Positions 52,501 to 64,000 of a DNA stretch of 64,000 nucleotides are shown piece after piece (position 1 is the stretch's first letter; every line of letters begins with the position of its first letter). The stretch lies in contig OZ199840.1 in NCBI GenBank assembly GCA_964304625.1, positions 6,318,920 to 6,382,919 of the forward strand. Direction: 5' to 3'. A program made the position numbers and the translations under genes. The stretch comes from Kudoa neothunni (lineage: Eukaryota > Animalia > Cnidaria). Below the pieces are notes generated by a model, which did no database searches, was not told where the DNA came from, and saw only the letters and a list, made by a program, of their open reading frames with translations.

Positions 52501-53393
52501 AATGCATTTTCTTAATATTCTTAGTACTGATGAGTTTTTTAAAAATAAATAAATATTATATTTTAGATAAACATTTAATTTCAATAGGTAAACAATTAAA
52601 GGTTGATTATATGAAGTTATTACTTTATTAGAGGAATTTTTACGTGTTTTTAGTATAACATTCGATAAAATTAAAAATGTTGTTATTAGAAATCAAAAAA
52701 TTGTTGTTTCTATACATTCATTAGTTTTAGTTAATTATATGTATAGATCAAAATAATAACCTTAGTTAAAATATTGGGTTTACACTTAGTAATATTCTCA
52801 ATTCGTACATTGGCCCGAATTTGTTGTTACAAATTTTGACATACACAAAAACTTACAAAATAATTAAAATATAGCTTAATATTTTTTTTTCAATATAATA
52901 CAAATACTGCAATGTAAAACAGTTTTCTATTGTCATTTTAAAAAATTATAAACTAAAAAAAATCGTACGACATCAAGATCTATTTTTTTAAATTCGAAAA
53001 GTATTTTCATTATAGTGAAAAATGAGATCTTTTTGTGAGACACGCAATAAGTTAATATTTAAAGTTAGTCCATATAAAATCGTTATATAACAATAGTAAA
53101 AAATCAAAATAGTAATAATAAATAACTTTCTCATTAATAACTAAGAAAGAAACGAAAAAAATTCAGTGTTTGTTGAAAAAATATGGAGATTACATGTGTG
53201 TTCGACCCCCGTCCGCTACACTACATACTTCATCACCATCCTCGCACACGAAAAGCACGAATGGTTTCGTTCGTGTTTCGTGTCAAAAGTTTAAAAATCA
53301 GAAAAGTTCATTCGTGTTTCGTTCGTGTTCATAATTATGAAGAAAACTTCGTTCGCTCATGATACGAACGAACACACGAACGGGCATTGTCCG
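49595..53393 (+). mobile_element. hAT transposon with intron-containing transposase (49.6-51862)
   Basis: TIR CAGACAATGTCCGTTCGT / ACGAACGGGCATTGTCCG; subterminal TTCGTG/TTCGTT arrays; BED finger CTKC..HNKLH, LTIDIWTD, VCDS, CAAHRLH, TRPW, ASSSMSERAFS. No TSD. Confidence 0.88.
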
Positions 53394-54197
53394 ATTAAAT
53401 TTATTTGCGCTAAGAAAAACCTCCAATTCAAATGATTCAAATTCTGTCCGCTGATCACGCAGCGGAAAAATAAATGTTATTAATTTTTCTCAACAGAGGG
53501 TTAAATTAATATTTTAGAAAATACGAATATTTTATATTTTTTAAAAACTAGACACCATTGAATAGTATAAATAAAGTTGTAATTTAACACTGAAAAATTT
53601 ATCTTACTGTACGATACCTCAAAATACTATTATCGATTGTCCTGAAATAAAGGAAGTTACTATTGGCACGGTAAATACTATTCAGATGTTACTAGCTTCG
53701 ACTATATTTGATTAAATCTGTATATAGATTGCGAGTAGGAGCTGTTGGAATTAAAATTTCAACTGAGCAGGCGTAAATGCCATTTAGGGTTAAATTTTAT
53801 CGTGCAAATAATCTCAGCCTAAATTTTTTCAATCATACAATTGACAACTTGTTTTCATTATGCTTATTGATTTATCGCAAATCGATGATATGAAATTTTA
53901 ACAAAATATACGTTTTATATTAAAATAATATTTCTTGTATATTATATAAAAATCGTTTGAATGAATGAAATACGTGATAGTTGAGGCATCAGAAACAATC
54001 AATAATACTCTAAAAGATGATTTTCTATTCACATAAAATTTTGTCAAATTTGAATAGTTATTATCTTTTCGTAAGGTCGAAGTTGGTAATTTTTTAATTG
54101 AATTGGACGTATGAATAATTAGCAAGATGAATTCCTCTATTCATATCGATACAAATTTAAATAAAACGTTTTTTGTTTATTCACAAATAGTAAGGTG

Positions 54198-57100
54198 ATG
54201 AAGATATTGTCCTTGAAACGATATGCTTCTACAATATATCTCGTCATTTTAACTTGTAATTTTCATTGAGATTATATAGATTAATCGTTATTAGTGTTAT
54301 GTGCGAAAAATGTGATCTCTGATAATATTGATAATAATTTAATGAAAGTGAATTTTTCGCACAGTTTTAAGAAATATATTATTTCACTTTCTGGATACAA
54401 TATTGAGAATAGCTTCAAACATTGCGCTCTCGTATACTATGGCCATAATGGGGCGAAAATTGACACCGTCCCTAATTGCACAAATGGACAAAATGATGCA
54501 AAATTGGATACAAATTTAAAGATGTGTACTTTCAAGTGTAAAAAAGTCGAACTAAATCTCAGTGGTGCAGAGTTTAAAACCATTAAATTTATAAAATGGT
54601 GCCAAGGTATCGATGAGAATGATGTGAAAAACTGCCCTATCAGGAGGGTTTTTGCCATAAAAGGTATAGAAACATATTTGATAATACTTTAATATCATAA
54701 ACTAGATCTTTACATAATGAGTTTGTTGACAGTAACCAAAGCAAATAATACATTCACTCTTTCCATCCAAAGAAAAAAAAGCAGCGAGTTGGCTGTCAAA
54801 GGAGTTCCTGCTTCACAACATAGTCATCCATCATCGACTGATTTTTATACAGAAAAATCAATTACACTACCTTCTAAATCATATCAACCTACGTATGTGG
54901 TTGAAGTCGGTCGAATGACGCCAGAAATTTTGTTGAGTCCAAAAAACCTTGATGAGGATTGGTTTATTGCAACTGGATCAAAAGAAATAAACAATAATAA
55001 TAATTATTATACAGTTACGCTCCAAAATCAGAGACCTTCGCAAATTTGTTACTTTGGAATTAAAGATATTAATGACTCTCAATTTTCTTCTAATTGCTCA
55101 GGTACGAATAGAGCTGGACCCTGCCTTCAGCCCTGCTACAAAGCTACCTTATATCATGAGACAGACTTAAAGTTCGCCCAAGTACTCGTTAAACCCTTTG
55201 ATAAGTTAACATCAAAAGAGTTTATTCAAACTATAACATGTAAATTTTAATCTATCTAATATGTCTTATCAATTTTATAGTCGCTACCGGCCAACCTACT
55301 ATTACTGTAACTGGAAAGAATGAGGCTACCTTAACGTTAACTAATTTAAATAAAAATGAAGACGAAAATACTGCTGTATCAGGGGCAGATATTTTAGAAG
55401 TTAAAATAATAGAGAAAAATCTGGGAATTAAAGATAATTGGAACGATCTAATGTGTGAAGGAGAGTGTAAAACATTTGAATCAATCAGTTTGAGCTCTCT
55501 TCTGCCACTAACAGAATATATTTTAAAACTTAAAATAAAAGGACTTACGACATTAGATTCTCCGGAAGTTAATTATTACCATCGTTATTTCTATTTCAAA
55601 ACTAAAGGTAACGCTAAATATTAACTCCATATTTCTAAATTTATATAGGAGAAGAAATAATAAAACATGGTGAACTAACGCTAACATCTACTTCTGGTCA
55701 ACATAATGCACTAACTCTGAGTCCATCTAATTCATTTTCCGATGAAAGAGTTAATCAGGCAAAATGTGATCTCTATTATTCATCTACTGGAAATTATTCA
55801 CCCATGTACCCTGCTACTTGTGAAGGAAAAAAATTTTGTTCTAATGCTTGTAATGGAAATTTTAATATAATAAACCTTGATCCTAAAACGAACTACAAAA
55901 TAACTATTTGTCCAAAAGGATATAGTTGCGTTGAAAGCTCTGCGACTTCGAGTAATTTATTTACAAATTTTTTTAATAATGAGATTAAATAGCTACCGGA
56001 ATCGAGATAACAATAGAAACCTCAACAAATAATGTTGGAAAGAAAACAACAGCTAAATTGACTTCTTCACCTAATAGTTCAGGAACGTCTTGGGCATACA
56101 TCCTACTGGAACAAGGATCTAACAAAATTATATTGGATTGTTTGAATAGCGACTGCGATCCTGCTGTAATGAATGAATCTAACACAATAGATTTCCCATG
56201 GGATTCCCTCAATTGCGAAGTTACATATAAACTAGTTATAAATGAAGATTACTCTAAGGCAAAAGATATAGATATAGAATGTAATTTCTCTTGTATAGAA
56301 ATATTAATTTTATATTAATAGGTGGTATTGATGAAGGTGATCAGAAAATAGTTCTATATTACGATAAATCAGGAAAAAATTACAAGGTAAAATTCAAAGA
56401 AAATTCGTTTACTAAAAAGGATGGTGTAACATATACAATTCAAAAATCTAAAGATGATCTTTCGGGATATAAGCATGCCGGAATAAATGGCAAAGAAATC
56501 CAAAAGCAATACCCTCAACTTACAACTTTTTTCGAAATTGATCCTCATAGCGTAAATAAACCAAACTATATTTCCATCACTTATCCAGAAAAACAAAGTA
56601 ACCCTTTAAAAAAGATTGGAAAATCGGGTACTAGGACAATAATTATTGCAAAATCGCAAGCAGCGGACGGAGATCCATCTGCGAGAAAAAACGGTGGTGA
56701 AGGGGAAAAAAAAGATTTAAATGGATCACATTCGTCACATGTACTATTAAAATCTGTTGGACCAGTGCCAGAACAAACTAAAGAAGTAGAAGTCGAGTTT
56801 AATGCAGGAAATGTCTATTCCTATTACATAGGTAATATATAGTTTCTTAAAAAATGTAACCATTTTTCTTCAGATCATTTCGAGGAACTTACTCACATAG
56901 CTGAATTAGATGACGATAAAATTAAATTAGGTTTATATAAATGTTCATTATCATGCAAATCATTCAAGGATACCCAAGAGCAAGGTTCAGTGACGGAAAA
57001 AAAATCTAAAGACCCCCAATGTGATTTTGGAAGTTATTCGATTCAATTCGACGAGTTAATCAAAGATTATTATATAAGCTGTCCAGGATATTTTGATTTT

Positions 57101-60100
57101 CATTATTTCTACGACAATACATTTGTTAAAAACCAAGCCCCACTTTTCAGTCGATTTTATTACGAACTAAAAATTGATGCGACAAAGAATGCCTTCACAG
57201 TTCAACTGGTTAACCCAGAGCCATCTGAAATGTGCACATTTGAATGGATAGACGCCACAGCATCAAATTCAAACAGTTTTTTTTCGAGTGAATGTAACAA
57301 TATGGAAAACTGTTTTATCAGTATGTGCAACAGCTACAAATTTGGAAATGTGCAGTCGAGTGTAAAGGCGGTTAAAATAAGGGTGCTAAAACTAGGAATG
57401 AAACCTACTATTGGTTATCAAAATAATATACACATACGTAAGATTTAGAAATATTTAATAAATAATCTGGAATTTTTAGTGAAACATGGAAACGATTTTC
57501 CTGCGGCAACAGCCGGCGGGAATGTTCAAATAAATATTACTGGTAAAAATAAAAATGAAGATGGTGGGGAAAATACTAATCAGGAAGTTAAATGTACAAT
57601 AAAGTTTTGGAACACATACGCTCCATTAGTTACTGAAAATGGAAGGAAAGATGTGAGTACTACATCAACCCCTTGTAGCTTTAAGGAGGTTCAAGTTACT
57701 CCTGCCCCAACTCATTTGCATAATGATGTTATGGTAACCATAACGGGTATACTTAATTACTCACCAAGAAAATATTTTTTCCATAAAATAAGTATTTTAT
57801 AAAATTAGACGTTATTTTAAATATATTTTCAGCTCAAACCCAAAAACTTTCCTTTTCAGATTCTTCATTAGTACCTACAACTACTGGATTCACAATTGCT
57901 GATAACTCTAGAGTATCAACAAACGTTTGTACTATCTATATAAAAGAGGGAAAAAATTTATATTATCCTGCAATTTGTTCAGTAAAGGAGTTTTGTGTAA
58001 AACCGTGCAACTCAAAGTTCGACATTATTGGGCTTAATTCCCACACAACTTATACTCTCAAAATTGTTCCTAGTGGGCATTATGACCCTCAAATTATTAA
58101 TAACGTAAATAAAAGTAATATTCATTATTTATGTATTTAATGAGTCAAATAATAATAAATAGGCGGAAAAACAATTGAATTTGAAGTTTCAAATCAATCC
58201 AAGAAGAACACGCTCATAATACAAATGAAACAATCATTCAGTGAAGCAAGCAATACAAACTGTTACTATCAGCTATATAAACATGAAACAAATCAAAGTA
58301 ATAGTGTCATATTATTTTTATTATCTTCGAATAGCTTCACCCACGAGAATAATAAAGTCTTGCATTGGTTGTGATAATAATGAGAATAAAAAATGCAACA
58401 AAATTGAATTTGACGATATATACGATAATAAGTATAACTACAGGTTGATGATTTATGCAGACAAAAAATCTTCACCATTCAAGTTATCGATACCAGGTAA
58501 CATTTACACAGAAGTTTAAATTGACATACATTTATAGCTTTTATTCGACGTGGAAAACTTGAACAAAAGTTTATAAAATCTTTGGGTGCAGAAGCCGAGA
58601 AATTTTCAGTTAAATTGAAAGACTTTTCAGCGAAGATGTGTGTGATAAAGATATCTGATTTTGCAGAAGATGCATTTAGCAAGCCACAACTCTGCGCAAA
58701 CGAAGATGCCGGTGATTGTTTAGTGAACTGCAATGCAAATGAATTTGAGGTTGGATATATAAATTCAAAAGTTGATCGATATATATCAGTTTGTTATGGT
58801 ACAGACGACGTAGAAGCCAAAAGATGTAAAAAGGTTCAAGTGTTCCCAATATTAATGAGTAATTAAAAATAATATTTATTTAATATAATTTTCAACGATA
58901 TTTTTTATAGATTACAAACAAGATAACACTTATAAAATATCTCATACTGATGGCGAAGTTAACTTCACTTACAAATCAAACTCTATAACTGATTGGAATA
59001 TACAATATGACGGGAAGGATGATCCACAGAGTGACACAGATGAGACCAGCATGAAAATGGAAGCTTATTCTGAGACCCTACAAGTTAAATCATCGTCTCT
59101 CCCACTTGATAGATACATAAGTTATTATAATATCAGTTCAACACTGTTATGGCCTGGAATATTATATTATATAAATAATAGTTACGTGAAATCTGAGATC
59201 CCCCTAAAATCTCAGATCATTTATTCTGTTTCAAGCGTTGTTGATAACAATAGAAAACTTCAGATAAAATTCTCTCCTGGTCCATATAATGGCGAGATTT
59301 GTCACATCAAAGTATTTGATGTAAGTGGAAGTAGCCCAACTCAACAAAGTACTGTTCTGAATGGATGCACTGATGAGAAAAAAGAGTGTTTCCATCTTTG
59401 TCAAGATGGTATAATCAGTTTGACAGAAGGCAGTGAGAACATTGGAATAATTGTTAAACGAAGGTTTGATACCGAAGGATTCAAACAATATTTTAAAAGT
59501 AGTATTGGATTCAACATTAAAAATAATGTCTTATAGGAAACGACAGTGGTATAAATATAAGCGATATTAAGGACACGGAAGTCACCCTTACTGGAATTAA
59601 CGTGTATAAGGGTATGAAGACAGTTCAGTCTAATGTAGAATGTTTAATTAAAATCCGTCGAGCAAATATTTTTTCGACTGAAGTAAGGGCTAATTGTAAT
59701 AACAGTGGTGTATGTAGTATAAGTTGTGAAGGTTCATACCTTATTACTGGTCTTACGGCCGGTACAACTTACGTAGTTTCTGTAACGATAACCAACGTTG
59801 GAATTACTGATTATGTAAAGAAAATAACATTTCGAACATGTAATAGCATATTTAAATCATTAAAGTTTAACATCATATTTAGCTGGAGGAGAAAATTTAA
59901 CTGCGAATAATTCAGAACCTACCATAAAGAATTCCACTGCTATAATAACACCATTTGGACATGATAATTATTTGCCGGTCTGTAGAATTTATGTTAAAAA
60001 AAGTGGTGTCTCAGATCCAAAATATATGGCTACGTGTGATGGAATGGGAGCATGCCAGAATAGATGTGACGCTAGGTTCAAAATTGTTAACCTCGAATTA

Positions 60101-61083
60101 GGAGTGACTTACAACGTAACCGTCGAACCATCGGATGGAAAACAACATAAGGATTATTCCATTAAAACAAGTATTCAAAATCTATTAGCTTATGTTTTAA
60201 TAATATTATTTAGTAAATGGTACTATTTCACTTAAGCATTCGTTGAATGGAAATAGTGACTTGACAATTAAAGTGGATTTCACAGGAAAAGATGACAATT
60301 CAAGATGTCCGTTTATGATTCAGGAAAAAATCGTAGACAACCAGGAGGGAAAAATTGTTACATGGTGTAATGATGATGAAGAATGCTCTGCCAATAAATG
60401 TACCGTTAACATCAATAATTTGTCGAGAGAAAAAGATTATATTTTGAAATTAAAAGCAAAGGATTACTCACTCTATAACAAATATAGTATTCAGTGTATA
60501 TATATTTTGTTTAAATTATTAAATAATCCTTATTTTCTAATAATATATTTTGCGAAGACTCAAGAATAGATGAAATGAAAGGGTAATTAAATTCCAATTA
60601 TTTACTATATAAATAAAATAATTTATTTAGTGAATTAAATAAAAAATCCTTGTGGAATAAAAAATTTATAGAAGGAGAAAACATAAGGAGTGAATATGCC
60701 AACATTGTAGTAGATGATATCGTTCAGAAAGTAATAGAAAAGGTTGAGAAAGGGTAAAAACAATTTTTCATGTCATATTTATAAGATTTTATTTAGTAAA
60801 ATTATTTTAATTTAATGATCTGATAAAAAAGAAACATTGTAGTTAATAAAGAAAACCACAATTTCGATGCTGCAAAGAATAGTTATTCGTAATTTACATT
60901 TATATTTTCAAGTTTGACATTAGATAGGTCTGTTGGAAGTTACATGTAATAGAATATACATATTCGTTGTAGATAAGCTTTCTTAGATTATATGCAATGA
61001 TACCCATCGTGGTTTCACTTTTGGTTGTGATAGGTGTAGCTGTTTACAGAAAGAATTCTAAGGAAATTTCTTACGATCTATAA
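54198..61083 (+). CDS. Large (~2000 aa) type I membrane protein with cysteine-rich FN3-like repeat modules, about 22 exons
   Basis: Signal peptide MKILSLKRYASTIYLVILTLLCA; continuous frame over 17 phase-1 GT-AG introns; L-x-P-x-T-x-Y motifs (LLPLTEY, LDPKTNY, LNSHTTY, LTAGTTY, LELGVTY); last exon LYAMIPIVVSLLVVIGVAVY-RKNSKEISYDL*. Splicing of the small exons at 60.56-60.98 kb is less certain. Confidence 0.8.
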
Positions 61084-61306
61084 AAACTGATATATTCATC
61101 ATCCATTACATCAGTTACCAATATTATTATAAAATTTAGTTAACAAATTTTTCATTATTTTAATTATAATAATTGTAGTAGATAACTTATAGTATCTTTT
61201 CATATTGAACTTAGATTTATTTTTTTCTAAAAATATATAAGCTCTTAACAACATTTATTATGTGCATCACTTCTTAATTCTTATTCATTGAAATAAATTT
61301 GATATA

Positions 61307-61690
61307 TTAATCATCTAAAAATGTATTATGTATAATGGGAAAATCGCTCAATCTTGTTCTGAGTGGTGTTACGATGTGATTACACAAGGAAAAACATCTT
61401 TCGGAATCAATTCTCGTGGGTCTTATGTTAGAAAGGGCTTTTCGAACACTTTTTAAGCGATCCATCATCAAATTATGACATGTAAAATTGAGGATTTCAT
61501 CTGAGTCGGTAAATTTTAAACGCTTGGACTCGGAAACGTAATTTATCAAATCTTCTAAGTCCAAATTAGACACAGGGGCTTCACTTTCAATTTGATCAAC
61601 TGGCTCAACAAAGTTTATCGCCTCCTCTAGCTCAAAACACGACGGTCTTTTGTAGAAAAAGCTTTTGTCACAGATTTTCGAATCAAAACT
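61307..61690 (-). pseudogene. hAT transposase C-terminal dimerisation-domain fragment
   Basis: VRKALSNIRPTRIDSERCFSLCNHIVTPLRTRLSD. Confidence 0.75.
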
Positions 61691-64000
61691 TAGATTCAAA
61701 AAAATGTCCGACCAAATTATCCGTCTCAGTATTCCACATTAGACCAAGTACATTTATTTGATTTTTCTCCAGCTTTTCATTTTCCAACAATAGCTCATTA
61801 AACTCCTCAAAATTAGATTTCCATTCTAGCAGATTCATTGAGCATTTGTTAAATATTTGAGTAATCTCTGACCTGGAATTTAATAATTCTTCTCGAGAGT
61901 CAAATCCAACAACAAAATTATCCGTGAACACTCGACAGGTGTTCTATGGCAAGTTTTTGAAGTAAATTTCTCTAGGTGATGTTTCAGTGTTGCACAAAGA
62001 ATGAATAGTGACGCTTTGATTCCGAAAGGAACACGTTTGAATCTATTTATCAGTATATTATTTTTGTGTGGCTCTTCTTGTGGGTTTTTGAGCCACAGGA
62101 ATCTAGTCCAATCCCTGTCTTTTATTTGGATGCCAATTTGAAGAAATGCTTTTTCTGTGCCACATACCACCAGAAATCTCTTGAGTCTCATCCTTAATAG
62201 GCTCCCAGTTAAATCATTCAGAAGAATTGGACTCTCCATGAGACAATCATTTAGAATTGGTGTTTTTGAATTGCGTTTGTAGGACGCGTTAAACACGATC
62301 CTGCTCTTCGTTAATGGTTTGTTTTGAGGGGTTACTAGATGGTGTGGGAGATAGTGACATTTTTCGAGTTTTTGGGTTAACTTCGTCGACGATTTCGATG
62401 ATATCATTATTTCGTTGATTTGTCAAAATTTGTTGGTAAATTTTAGACAATTCTTCAGAGTTTTTTAACTTTTTCTGCAAACTTTTTAGTTGCGACAAGC
62501 AACTGAAGTAATTATCAGGTAGATCAGAGATGTTTGTATTCATTGGCCACATTATGTGGTATCGGTCTTTTTCAAATTGTAAGTTGTTTTGAAAATGTTA
62601 TTTGGCCAGTATATTCGTATCTGCATGAGGATCGTCCGTAACTCCAATAGTAACCAATTTCCATAATTTTGATAGGTCATCCGTAATATTTTGAACGTCG
62701 CTTTCATTTGAAATTGGGTGAATTTTTCCTTTGAGTGAACGATGGCAGAAAAACATCGGATTTGAATTCTGTGTAGTGTCTAACTTACCCGTCGGGATCA
62801 ATCAAAAAATAGTTTCAATCATTGAGAGAGGACCAATTGAATTTTTCATCTTCGAAATAAATATTTCCCAAAAATAGTCAGAACCAATCAAAAGGTCTAT
62901 CGTGACATTTTCATGAGGGTCGATAAAATCTGTAAACTTTTCCAAGCCTGCAATATTGGTAGATAATTCTTTGAAGTCCCGAAACTTTCATGTTCGAAGA
63001 GATTGTTAGAACAGTTCGCACTTTAACTTGGAATAGCTCACCATTTAGTTTAGTAATGCCAACAGTTGCCTTAGATGATCTAATTGACATAGATTCGGTA
63101 GATCCGAATGTCGCCACAATGATTTTGCTATGTGTTGGTGGTCGAATTTTCAGTTTTTCTAAAATTTCCTCTCGAGTATAACTACAGGCACTCCCAGTAT
63201 CCAGAATAACATTTGCTTGAATTGAGATTGATCTCGCTTTCGGATTCACCAAGACCGCTTTAAATGTTGGAATGATTGCTGTAGTGATCTCATTTTGTGA
63301 TTTCGCGGTGTAGAGTTGTATATTCGCGTCATCTTGCGCCGTGTTCTCTGGCACGTCGTAGATTGTAAGTGCTTTATTTTGATGTTGTTGTGATTATCTT
63401 GAACAAAGACTCCGATAATGTTCCAACGACTTACAGTAGTAGCATGATTTTTTGCGAAAACAATTTTTTGATGGATGATATTTGAGGCAAATTTTGCAAT
63501 TATTGTCTATTTTTTCCGATCGAACTTTATGAGAACTGTAGCGTTTGCAATTGTCGCTGAAATGTTCTCCGTAACAAAAAGGCGCATCTCAGCCCTTTAG
63601 GTCTCTCATAGCTTCGGTTCGTCGTACTTTTCGGATAATGATGGTTGTAACTCATTGAGAGTGAGTGGATGACATCATATTTTTATCCTCTATGTTTGCC
63701 CTTTCTCTTGCCGAAATGAGAATTTCTACTGTATCTTCAGGGAGTTTAAGAGACCACTCTTGTTTCATTTTTGACTCCTCCAGTTTGAGCCGGAATGCCC
63801 TTGGCAATTTTGAGAGAATGAGCGGAATCATATATGTTTCTGACATATTTTAATCCAACGCTTTTATTCTTTTGACCAAGGAAAATATGGATATAAATGA
63901 TCATCTAAGGCTTTCCGTCGAGTATGACGCTGCATCCAGATTTCTTAATCTATCATACAGGTTGCTTGTAAGTTCACCTCTTCTATCGTATCTGCTTTTG
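61683..64000 (-). mobile_element. BEL/Pao LTR retrotransposon fragment (gag, protease, RT), decayed
   Basis: ILSKLP, triple zinc-knuckle remnants at 63.4-63.6 kb, ILDTGS, HYLPHHLV..RIVFNAS, EKAFLQI..RFLW..RVPFG, NVLGLMWN. Confidence 0.88.

Overview
AT-rich eukaryotic DNA with very short GT-AG introns (mostly about 40 nt). It looks like a compact-intron, fast-evolving animal such as a parasitic myxozoan or orthonectid, but the taxon is inferred, not shown. Five recognisable but divergent housekeeping genes are present: CCDC124 (+), snurportin-1 (-), MEK1/2 (-), a very divergent Rpn3/PSMD3 (-) and NECAP (-). There is also the 5' end of an unknown gene at the left edge and a decayed intronless membrane-protein gene at about 42-43.8 kb. 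Between the genes lies a dense, nested set of transposons: piggyBac, pogo/Tigger, hAT, Helitron-like elements, a Mag-type Ty3/Gypsy with 109-bp LTRs, BEL/Pao, a tRNA-derived SINE-like element and an intact IS630/Tc1 element with DD32E spacing. The most striking item is a ~2000-aa type I membrane protein gene at 54.2-61.1 kb. Its ectodomain is three tandem super-repeats of five cysteine-rich, FN3-like modules, separated by 17 consecutive phase-1 introns. All exon models were built by eye; coordinates of degenerate elements are approximate.
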